IMG/VR virus record: IMGVR_UViG_3300032320_001335
Coordinates: 1 to 31,919 of that record
Origin: a virus
Taxonomy: Duplodnaviria; Caudoviricetes
Length of the DNA stretch: 31,919 nucleotides
Direction: 5' to 3' (one strand)
The stretch's first letter is position 1; every line of letters starts with the position of its first letter. The notes below the pieces were generated by a model that did not search any database, was not told the origin of the DNA, and saw only the letters and a program-made list of their open reading frames with translations. Positions 16,488 to 24,494 of this stretch are shown piece after piece. A program made the position numbers and the translations under genes.

Positions 16488-16622
16488 ATGAAAGAAAACC
16501 CTGAATTCATGACAAAGAAGATTTCAGTAAGACTAACTGAAAAGCAGTACAAGGCAGTGATGAAAAACGCGAAAGCAAGCAAGATGACCGTTGCAGAATA
16601 TTCGCGTGCGTGCATGCTGTAA
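16488..16622 (+). CDS. 44-aa ribbon-helix-helix DNA-binding protein (not in ORF track)
   Basis: KISVRLTEKQYKAVMKNAKASKMTVAEYSR; own promoter-like TTTG-20 nt-TATCTTAG (16433-16464). Confidence 0.75.
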   Translation: MKENPEFMTKKISVRLTEKQYKAVMKNAKASKMTVAEYSRACML

Positions 16623-16657
16623 AAAAAAAGAAGGGGCTCGTTTGCCCCTATCTTTTT
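16621..16657. terminator. Bidirectional intrinsic terminator
   Basis: A-run-GAAGGGGC-TCGTTT-GCCCCTATC-T-run. Confidence 0.85.
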
Positions 16658-16698
16658 AATCTAAAACCTAAATCTCTTATGACGGTATATCAACCAAT
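16621..16698 (-). ncRNA. Candidate sRNA 2
   Basis: Bounded by a consensus promoter and a strong terminator; no convincing ORF on that strand. Confidence 0.5.
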
Positions 16699-16704
16699 GT
16701 TCGG

Positions 16705-16734
16705 CAAATATATATCATTTTCCTAAACCTGCAA
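16705..16734 (-). promoter_or_regulatory. Sigma-A promoter
   Basis: TTG-19 nt-TATATTTG on the - strand. Confidence 0.75.
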
Positions 16735-17305
16735 GAATTTGTTCTAATTCCAAAACCAATTCTGCTTCGTAGTTCTTTACGCCACTCATAGCTACACCTA
16801 CTTCATTAAAGAAGCCTTCGATGCTGTAGCCTTTTACCTTCCCTTCTTTCACATCATTCCATACGTGATCTTCATCCACTTTGGTCCCGATAAACCATGT
16901 GCCATCGGGTAGTTCAGGCAATCCAAGTTGGATGCTCTTATCATTCTTGCCTTCCTTTAGCCATGATTCGACAACTGTCACACCTGTTACTGGTATCTCA
17001 TGCTGTAGATTAGTGGTGTGTTGCAGATTCTTTTTGAAGAATTGATGCGCGATTGCCTGCACCGTTGCCTTTTCAAAGTATACATAGTATGGCTCTCCCT
17101 TTTCATCGTAGCGCAGTATCTCTTTATCCGGGATTAACGCAGGTCCATATAACATCCTACGTTCGTCATCTACTTTGGCAAGTTGCATCTTGCTCAATGC
17201 AATCCAGTTTTCTTCGATTGCAGGCATGTCTACTAAGCCCATTGCCGTAATACCTAAACGGCCTTCTTCGTCAATTACACACTTAACTACTTTTCTTTTT
17301 TCCAT
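16715..17305 (-). CDS. XkdF-like prohead serine protease
   Basis: LVD.PAIEE, GPALIPDK.I.R, H, ESW, P.GTWF, W..VK.G.VKGYSIEG. Confidence 0.8.
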   Translation of the reverse strand: MEKRKVVKCVIDEEGRLGITAMGLVDMPAIEENWIALSKMQLAKVDDERRMLYGPALIPDKEILRYDEKGEPYYVYFEKATVQAIAHQFFKKNLQHTTNLQHEIPVTGVTVVESWLKEGKNDKSIQLGLPELPDGTWFIGTKVDEDHVWNDVKEGKVKGYSIEGFFNEVGVAMSGVKNYEAELVLELEQILAGLGK

Positions 17306-17323
17306 GTTTTAAATATATTTATT

Positions 17324-19324
17324 TTATCCTATACGTGCTAAGTCTTCTACGTTTTCGCGTACCTCCTGTTGACTTGATACATCACCTGCTAACACATATG
17401 CGCGTGGCGTGTATTGATCCGGGCGATTGTTTACGAACTGCGCTGCAAGTGGATTGAACTGCGCAGGCTGTGTGCTGTTATCTCCACCCCCACCTCCTCC
17501 AATTGATGGTGTAGGTGTATCCGGCGCTGAGCCACCACCTTCAAATTTAGTCGATGCAATTTTTGCAATGTTAATCCCGCTCGTAATCGCCGCGAACGCA
17601 AGCGATGCAATACCAGCTGGGTTAGGTACAGCACCTATTGCCACAGGCGATTGAGAAAGTGACATTGTTATCGCTTTACCTGCATCAATGATAGCCCCTG
17701 CAAGTTGTATTTTTTTGTTAAAGTTAAATTGCTTTTTTGCAAGTGCTTCTTCTTCTTTGCTTCCTTTCTTGACTGATGCTAACCTTCCTGCAAAGTATAT
17801 ATCGCTTAAATTAGTAAGTGCATCAATGCCTTTACTTGCCCATTCTAAACCCTTCTGTACAGTTTCAAGTTGTAAACCTTGCTTTTGTTCTTCTGTAACC
17901 TTAGTTAGCTCAACACTTGCGGTATCATACTTTTGTTGAATACCTAACAGTTCTAATCCTAACTGCTCCTGTAACTCTTTAGTGCTAATACCAGCAGCAT
18001 CGGCAGCCGCAAATAAGTCTTCATATTTTTGAGTAAGTGCAAGTTCATCTCTCTCTTGTTCACTCAATGTAGCTTGAAAGTTTGCATCCTGCAAAGCTGC
18101 TAACTTATCGTAATATGTTTGTGTTGCCTGCTCTCGTCTCTTGATTTCTAATTCTAACGCATCAGTTTTTGCTTTTTCAGCATCTGCATATTCTTTTGCA
18201 TCTTGATTTCTTTTTGCTGTTGCATCAGCCGCTTGTTTATCCTCTGCATTCTTACGATCATCAGCTGCTTTCTTATCGATTGCTTGAATCGACAATTGAA
18301 AACCAGCTTGTGTATTTTCTAACTGCTGTAATATCTTCTTTTGTTCTTCAATAGCAGCATTGCCCTCTTCAGCTACTTCAGCTGGGTCAAACACTAATGT
18401 GCTTAAACTTGTATTAAACTTATCACGCTGGTTGCCTATACTGGCAAATGTTTCATCACTGATTACGCCTATCGCATTAAGTCCTTTTGTGATTTCATCA
18501 ACTGTGCCTAATAACACCTGTATAGGTAAAGTCAAAAATTGAATAATACCACTTGTTATTTTGCGATTTCTTTCTGCTGCGTCTATCTGTGCCTGCCTTT
18601 GAATTTCAAGTGTAGTAATTACAGACTTTTGCTCAAGTATCGCTTGGTTTGCCTTTGCAATTTTTAACTGTAATATTTCACGCTCGCTTCTACCTTGAAG
18701 CCTAAGAAGATTTTCCTGTTGGCTAATATCATCTAATTGCTGTTTTGATTGCGCTGCTCGTTGTTTTTGAATATCAAGTTGTTCAAGTTCAGCATCTGTA
18801 ACACCATCAACGAGCGATAGCAATTCTTCAGCATAAATAATCGCACCTGCTATGGCTGCACCGATAAGGAATATAGGGTTGGTCAGCAACGCCTTACCAA
18901 TGGAAGCAAATGCACTACCTATACCTTGAATGCCTTTGGCAATATCACCCGGCTTAATCTCTGTGATATTCTTTGCAAGTAACTTCGCACCTTCTGCAGC
19001 ACCTTCAAAATCGAGCGATGCAATGCGCGATGTGACAAGTCCAAGTGAACCACTAACCTTTTCAAATGCACCACCTGCTTGCGTACCTACTGCCTGCGCT
19101 GCGTCACTGATTTTATCTTTCAGTTCACCAGCCGCAGCACTCAGTTCTTGATACTTCTTTGTTTGCGGATCAGTGTTAGCTAACTGCGCCTGTAATTCGC
19201 GCAGCTGCGCCTTGAGTGATTTACCTGAATTATCCGCACTATCAAAAGCATTACCTAACTGTCTTAGGTTCTGCTCACTTTTCGATGTGTCAATTTCAAA
19301 GGTCCTTACAATAGGTTCAGCCAT
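17324..19324 (-). CDS. Tape measure protein
   Basis: 666 aa, A/Q/E/K-rich helical, LLTNPIFL motif, hydrophobic segments. Confidence 0.8.
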   Translation of the reverse strand: MAEPIVRTFEIDTSKSEQNLRQLGNAFDSADNSGKSLKAQLRELQAQLANTDPQTKKYQELSAAAGELKDKISDAAQAVGTQAGGAFEKVSGSLGLVTSRIASLDFEGAAEGAKLLAKNITEIKPGDIAKGIQGIGSAFASIGKALLTNPIFLIGAAIAGAIIYAEELLSLVDGVTDAELEQLDIQKQRAAQSKQQLDDISQQENLLRLQGRSEREILQLKIAKANQAILEQKSVITTLEIQRQAQIDAAERNRKITSGIIQFLTLPIQVLLGTVDEITKGLNAIGVISDETFASIGNQRDKFNTSLSTLVFDPAEVAEEGNAAIEEQKKILQQLENTQAGFQLSIQAIDKKAADDRKNAEDKQAADATAKRNQDAKEYADAEKAKTDALELEIKRREQATQTYYDKLAALQDANFQATLSEQERDELALTQKYEDLFAAADAAGISTKELQEQLGLELLGIQQKYDTASVELTKVTEEQKQGLQLETVQKGLEWASKGIDALTNLSDIYFAGRLASVKKGSKEEEALAKKQFNFNKKIQLAGAIIDAGKAITMSLSQSPVAIGAVPNPAGIASLAFAAITSGINIAKIASTKFEGGGSAPDTPTPSIGGGGGGDNSTQPAQFNPLAAQFVNNRPDQYTPRAYVLAGDVSSQQEVRENVEDLARIG

Positions 19325-19497
19325 TAGTAAATAAGTTTATAAATTAAGAAGATAACACTTGATGCAAGCAAGATGCGCCATGTATACAGCGTAACATACC
19401 ACAATACGCGCTGCCATTTACGTAGCGAATAGTTATGCTGTTTGTTTACTGCGATTCCAAGCTGGATATAGCGCATTGAGTTTTTGATTGAATCCAT
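19324..19497 (-). CDS. 57-aa membrane protein (not in ORF track)
   Basis: MDSIKNSMRY...IFLIYKLIY; TAATG overlaps at both ends. Confidence 0.7.
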   Translation of the reverse strand: MDSIKNSMRYIQLGIAVNKQHNYSLRKWQRVLWYVTLYTWRILLASSVIFLIYKLIY

Positions 19498-22400
19498 TAT
19501 GTTGTTTTTGATTGTTGGTATTGTAGTGATGATGTAATAAAGAATTTATCAATGTAACTCCCACCTGTAAATGTGACATTTATTCTATGTTCATCAGTGT
19601 TAGTTGTAGTATCAATGCCGAAAGTGAATACGTTTGAACCAACCGAACCTATTGTGCTCAATGTATTGATAGCACTGGCATAAGCAAGACCACCTATCTT
19701 TTCAAGCGTGAAGTGATGCAATGATGTTTCGCTTGCTCCAGTATTGTCTTTAATAGTCACATTCCAAATGCAACTCCACAGAGTGTTATTAGGCATATTG
19801 ATGTATTCACCAGCTATAGCTTCAATGTATAAATCTTCTGTTTGACCGGATACATTAATTGTTGGATAGCGTTGCAATACAAAAGTTCCAAACTGCGCCC
19901 ATCCGTAGTAAGTTGAAGTTGAATCTCCATCACGATAACCACCACCCACATGCAAGCCGGGTAGATTCGTTATAACATTCTTGCCTAATAAATTGCTGCC
20001 ATCAACAGATTTGGTTAAGCTCAAATCCTTTCCAACCATCAAAGTATTCGGGTTGCTATCAATAATATTTAAGCCTTCTCCATTAATAACTGAATTCGTC
20101 TTCGTTGATAGTTGTGCATATATTGATTCTATCCCGGTACGTTGGATATTGTTTGGCGTAACAATCGAATTGCGGAACTGACCACCGTTATTGAATGCCC
20201 AGCACACACCATTGATTTCGTCCCAAAAATATCCGTAGCGTGAACAGCAATCTTCATTTGCAGCTGCTGGGTTTCCCTCGCCATCTTGGAAATAAACCTC
20301 TCCGTTAGCACTTACGATAGTAGGCTGTATTGAGCAGTCATTGATTTGATCAAGGAATTTGATAAGCTTAACCTTTGTGCTATCGTATAAACCTACCTTG
20401 TAATCGGTCACCTCAAGGATTCGCCAATAACTATCCTGAATCCATATTTTATCAGCAAAGGAAAACGTGAGTATATCCTTTAAGTCAAGCGCAAAGAATG
20501 CTTCCATTATTCTACCTTCAGGAGAATACAGTTCATTCATATAATTGCGCCAATACAAATTGAATAAATTGTTGTATGGGTTAGCTGAAACAGTTACAAC
20601 GTGTGGCGGAACTTCAGGAGCCCAATTCAAATCGTAATCATCTACAGTTGGATAAGTATTGCTGTAATGATTTAAAACAGGAACGGAAGTAGTTGGTGTT
20701 GCAATGGTTGTTATTTCATTATATAGATTAATATTTTCACTATTGGCATTATACAAACATCGCGGACCGGGCACAACAAATTCCAACTGATCATTGTAAA
20801 AGCATTGAATGGGTGTACCCGTTCCGGGTATTATGGCAGCAGGTGCACTGCGTGTAACCAACTGCACTTTTTGGTCACCTATTGCAAAGTCGCTTGGCGC
20901 AGTCGATGGGTTTATGGTGTAACCTTCTGCTTTATAGTCACCATATATGCGGTTTGCATCTCTATACAATTTGCTGTAGACATCTTCGCCTGATGTATAT
21001 GTGAATTGAAACGTTGCCTTTTGAATATCTACTGTGCTTGAAATAGCTACATCCTTCGATATATCAAGCTTTGGTGTCCAATCTAAAACATCACCTGTAC
21101 CTAAATAGTTGTTTTGTGGAATGATTGCAATGCGATTCGGCACAATGCGGCTTGGCACGATAGCGCAATTATGCATCTTGATTACGTCATTAACGAAATC
21201 AATTTGGCGCATGTTGGGTGCATTCAATGGGTAGTTTATTGTTTGATTGGTATATCCTAACACACTACTTATTTCCCAAAAAGTGCTATTAAGTGTCCCA
21301 TCACCAGCCAACAACGTAAATCCTAATGCAGCATTGACAGCATTTAATGCCAACACAACTATATCACCCTGTTGCAATGTAGCAGTAAACGTAAAAGGAA
21401 CGTATTGTATTCCACCCTGCTCTACAGGTGCAGTAAAATAATTTACAACGTTTGTACTAACGTTAATAAATAAACCAACATTTACTGATTGATTTAAACT
21501 GCTAACTGTTGCTCCATCTATTTTTAATAATCCATTAAATGTATATTCACCGGTTACAGGTACAGTATATGCATATTGAGTCGTGTCAAAATTACCACTG
21601 TTGTCAAAAACAATAGTATCTGCTTCTAAAGGCAAATAGGCATTAAAGGCGGGTATTAATTGAGGACCGTTGTTATATACTCTAAAAAAATACTGATTTG
21701 GTAAATCCGTTACAGCTAATTGTGGCGTGTTGCAAAATGGCATCCAGTAATCATTCAGGATGTTTTCAAGTGAAGATGCAACAAGTTCAAATCCTGCTTC
21801 GGTTACGATGTTCTGCAATAGAAACCACCAACTAACTGCAGGTGTTAAATCAGCCGGGTAAATTGGTATGCTTGCGTTTCGTATTGGTCGCGAACCTGCA
21901 GTGCCATCATTACTCCATTTTTGACCACGATCACACAAAGCCCAAATACGGTCAGCTGTTTGAGTTGTGACGTTGGCATAGGTCATTACTTCATTTAAAT
22001 CTGCAAGCGCAGCAATATCACTTAGCTTTTTTTCACCAATGGTGCGCACCAAATCAGGCGTTTCAGCATAGAAGGCAACCTCTACTTCGTTGATGCGATT
22101 CATTTGCTTGTATACCTTGCGAACACGCAAATAACCGGTTGCAATCGGCAGCGTATCTACACGAATCTCTGCAGGCAGTTTGTAGAAGAAATAGTTTTCC
22201 ACTCCCTGTTCGGAGTTGGTATCGAATAATGGACCGATAGCTTTGATGTTGTTATCAGACATCGGTATTCTAAACTCACGACTAAATGCGCCCTGCGCAG
22301 TAAAGTTGGATAAGTCTTGAAACTTCCAGTTCTGCGATATGCTTTCGTTTTCGAATAAGTCAAGATAGTATTGCGTTCCTGTTTGCACAATAATATAACC

Positions 22401-22688
22401 ACCTGCAGCCGCTGAATAATCGTCCGACCATGTGCCTGCTAAGTTCAATCTTGTTTGACCGGGCACAGGTGAATCGACAACCATTGAGTTAAGCGTTTTA
22501 GTTACGCTATCTCCTGCTGCATTGTAAATAGTAATAGGTTGCGCTAATGGCAACGCTGCGATTTCAGGTGAGCTGGTAACAACAAAGCGCGATAACGCAC
22601 CAATGCCCATGAGTATAGGATCATTGCTCATGCTCGCAACGTTCGCAGGTCCTATATTATTTACTATCAGTTGTACTTCTCCGTTCAT
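19497..22688 (-). CDS. Large tail tip / baseplate hub protein
   Basis: 1063 aa; LDLF.NE.I...D......FSR.F.IP...N pattern; beta-rich insertions. Confidence 0.7.
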   Translation of the reverse strand: MNGEVQLIVNNIGPANVASMSNDPILMGIGALSRFVVTSSPEIAALPLAQPITIYNAAGDSVTKTLNSMVVDSPVPGQTRLNLAGTWSDDYSAAAGGYIIVQTGTQYYLDLFENESISQNWKFQDLSNFTAQGAFSREFRIPMSDNNIKAIGPLFDTNSEQGVENYFFYKLPAEIRVDTLPIATGYLRVRKVYKQMNRINEVEVAFYAETPDLVRTIGEKKLSDIAALADLNEVMTYANVTTQTADRIWALCDRGQKWSNDGTAGSRPIRNASIPIYPADLTPAVSWWFLLQNIVTEAGFELVASSLENILNDYWMPFCNTPQLAVTDLPNQYFFRVYNNGPQLIPAFNAYLPLEADTIVFDNSGNFDTTQYAYTVPVTGEYTFNGLLKIDGATVSSLNQSVNVGLFINVSTNVVNYFTAPVEQGGIQYVPFTFTATLQQGDIVVLALNAVNAALGFTLLAGDGTLNSTFWEISSVLGYTNQTINYPLNAPNMRQIDFVNDVIKMHNCAIVPSRIVPNRIAIIPQNNYLGTGDVLDWTPKLDISKDVAISSTVDIQKATFQFTYTSGEDVYSKLYRDANRIYGDYKAEGYTINPSTAPSDFAIGDQKVQLVTRSAPAAIIPGTGTPIQCFYNDQLEFVVPGPRCLYNANSENINLYNEITTIATPTTSVPVLNHYSNTYPTVDDYDLNWAPEVPPHVVTVSANPYNNLFNLYWRNYMNELYSPEGRIMEAFFALDLKDILTFSFADKIWIQDSYWRILEVTDYKVGLYDSTKVKLIKFLDQINDCSIQPTIVSANGEVYFQDGEGNPAAANEDCCSRYGYFWDEINGVCWAFNNGGQFRNSIVTPNNIQRTGIESIYAQLSTKTNSVINGEGLNIIDSNPNTLMVGKDLSLTKSVDGSNLLGKNVITNLPGLHVGGGYRDGDSTSTYYGWAQFGTFVLQRYPTINVSGQTEDLYIEAIAGEYINMPNNTLWSCIWNVTIKDNTGASETSLHHFTLEKIGGLAYASAINTLSTIGSVGSNVFTFGIDTTTNTDEHRINVTFTGGSYIDKFFITSSLQYQQSKTT

Positions 22689-22689
22689 G

Positions 22690-23979
22690 TTATGTCCAAT
22701 ATTCGTTTGCCATTCTTACTTTCAAAGACAAGTTGTAAAGCTTGCCATCACGTGTCTTGCGTTCGGTGTAGGTAGTATCGTCTAAGTTGACAGGCAGCGC
22801 AATATTCTCACCGTTGCGCTGGGTTATCCATACAACTTGATTGCTCACAAGTAATGAGCGAAGGAATAAGAATTCACCTTCCTGAATGAAATCGCTGGTT
22901 ACTGTTAATACTTGCTGCACTAAGTTCCTACGTTCAAACAATCCGCGATCGTCTTTATTGAATACGCCTATTGTGTTATTGAACAATACCTTACGATATT
23001 TTTTGCGCTCAATCTCATCATTCATTTCCGACTTCTTTATGAAGTTGAAGTAATCCCATCCACCGCGACTGTTAACCCATCCCAAACGAATAACATCATT
23101 GTGACAATCCTTTTGACCATAGTAAGCTGCATTGTAGAAGCGATACTTTACACTTGATTGTGTGCTGCCTGTTCGGGCAAACACTTCGTAATATCTCCAA
23201 CCTGGATTGTCTACTTCATTTGGTTTGATTGACCACGCACCACTAAAAGCATTCATATTAGCTGGATAAACAGGCAAAGCTTCGATATCGTATGCATTTA
23301 ACGTTAGCGTTTCGGTAAGAGTTGAACCATTTGCTTTATACAATACAATGCGCACGTTGTCCACAAGGTTGTTATACATGTAGTTTGCATTGCCCGGTAT
23401 GCTCAATGTTCCGTAATCGGTTTCGTATGAAGGAATCCAAATGATATTCTGTGCTGTTGGATTGCCTGCGTTCCATGTTGGGGCTAAATACCACGAATGC
23501 GTGCCGTATTTACGATCACTCATTGCGTAGTTAAAGCTAACTTGTAGCACATACTTGATGTCGTCAACACCAACTTCAGGATTTGGTTTGTACCCATCGT
23601 ACACTTGATAGTAACCATTGATTACGATGCGCCCTTCCATCGTTACTTCGCTACCTTCATTCTCCGTAAGCACACCACCAACTAACCACCATTCGGTTAT
23701 TGCTGCGCTTAGCGAATACCTGCTCGTATCGTCAAATGTATCACTCGTGCTAAAGTGAAATTGCTGGTTGCGTAAATCGTCAACGAGTGGTGAAATGTCG
23801 AAGTACATGTAGTTGTCGGGAGCAGGTGACAAATAGAATGTGTACGTCTTAGCATCAACGGTAATGTTCAAGCCATAGCGAAAACCTTGTTGCGCTACTT
23901 CTGTGCTCGATGCAATCAGCATAATCTTTTGACCACGCACCACCCAGTTGAAGGGTTCATCTACGATTGTTAATGCCAT
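22690..23979 (-). CDS. Tail/baseplate structural protein
   Basis: FDIS, W.NS.GGWDYFNF, L..L..S..V motifs; structural context. Confidence 0.6.
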   Translation of the reverse strand: MALTIVDEPFNWVVRGQKIMLIASSTEVAQQGFRYGLNITVDAKTYTFYLSPAPDNYMYFDISPLVDDLRNQQFHFSTSDTFDDTSRYSLSAAITEWWLVGGVLTENEGSEVTMEGRIVINGYYQVYDGYKPNPEVGVDDIKYVLQVSFNYAMSDRKYGTHSWYLAPTWNAGNPTAQNIIWIPSYETDYGTLSIPGNANYMYNNLVDNVRIVLYKANGSTLTETLTLNAYDIEALPVYPANMNAFSGAWSIKPNEVDNPGWRYYEVFARTGSTQSSVKYRFYNAAYYGQKDCHNDVIRLGWVNSRGGWDYFNFIKKSEMNDEIERKKYRKVLFNNTIGVFNKDDRGLFERRNLVQQVLTVTSDFIQEGEFLFLRSLLVSNQVVWITQRNGENIALPVNLDDTTYTERKTRDGKLYNLSLKVRMANEYWT

Positions 23980-24494
23980 TATCTTTTATTTAGTAATAAT
24001 CTTTGTTCAATGTCTTTTACGTAAGCATCCATTAGCTTATCCTTGTATTCGTCCCATGTATCGTCTATAGCTTCACCATAGTAGTTGATACCTTCAATAC
24101 CATTTTCACCAATGCTGCGTGCGATATTGTATGCTGCGCTTTTGATTGCGCTCTCTGTTGACTTGATAAACTCACCTTGTCTATTGCGCAGCTTCAATGG
24201 CTTCATGCGAATCCACTTCTCAATAGCTGCGACAGGTGGCATCTTTGAGTTTGGTTTGCGCCCGAATTCAATTACATCAGCGTATTGACCAGCCGAACCT
24301 TTGACAGTGAAGTCAATGGTTGGTTTGCCATACCGAATTTTGATTTTGTACAATAACGAGTTAAGCAAATTGCCCGATGAAACGCGATTCACCATTTTAC
24401 CACGCACCCTTCTTTTGATGCGCAGGTTAGATTGTGCACGCTCGACTACGGTCGCTGCATATTCATTTAGTATTTGCTCAAACTCACTTGCCAT
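23979..24494 (-). CDS. Tail completion/neck protein (HK97 gp10-like)
   Basis: SG.L..S, YA..IEFGR.P...PP...I..W, IARSI...G. Confidence 0.65.
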   Translation of the reverse strand: MASEFEQILNEYAATVVERAQSNLRIKRRVRGKMVNRVSSGNLLNSLLYKIKIRYGKPTIDFTVKGSAGQYADVIEFGRKPNSKMPPVAAIEKWIRMKPLKLRNRQGEFIKSTESAIKSAAYNIARSIGENGIEGINYYGEAIDDTWDEYKDKLMDAYVKDIEQRLLLNKR

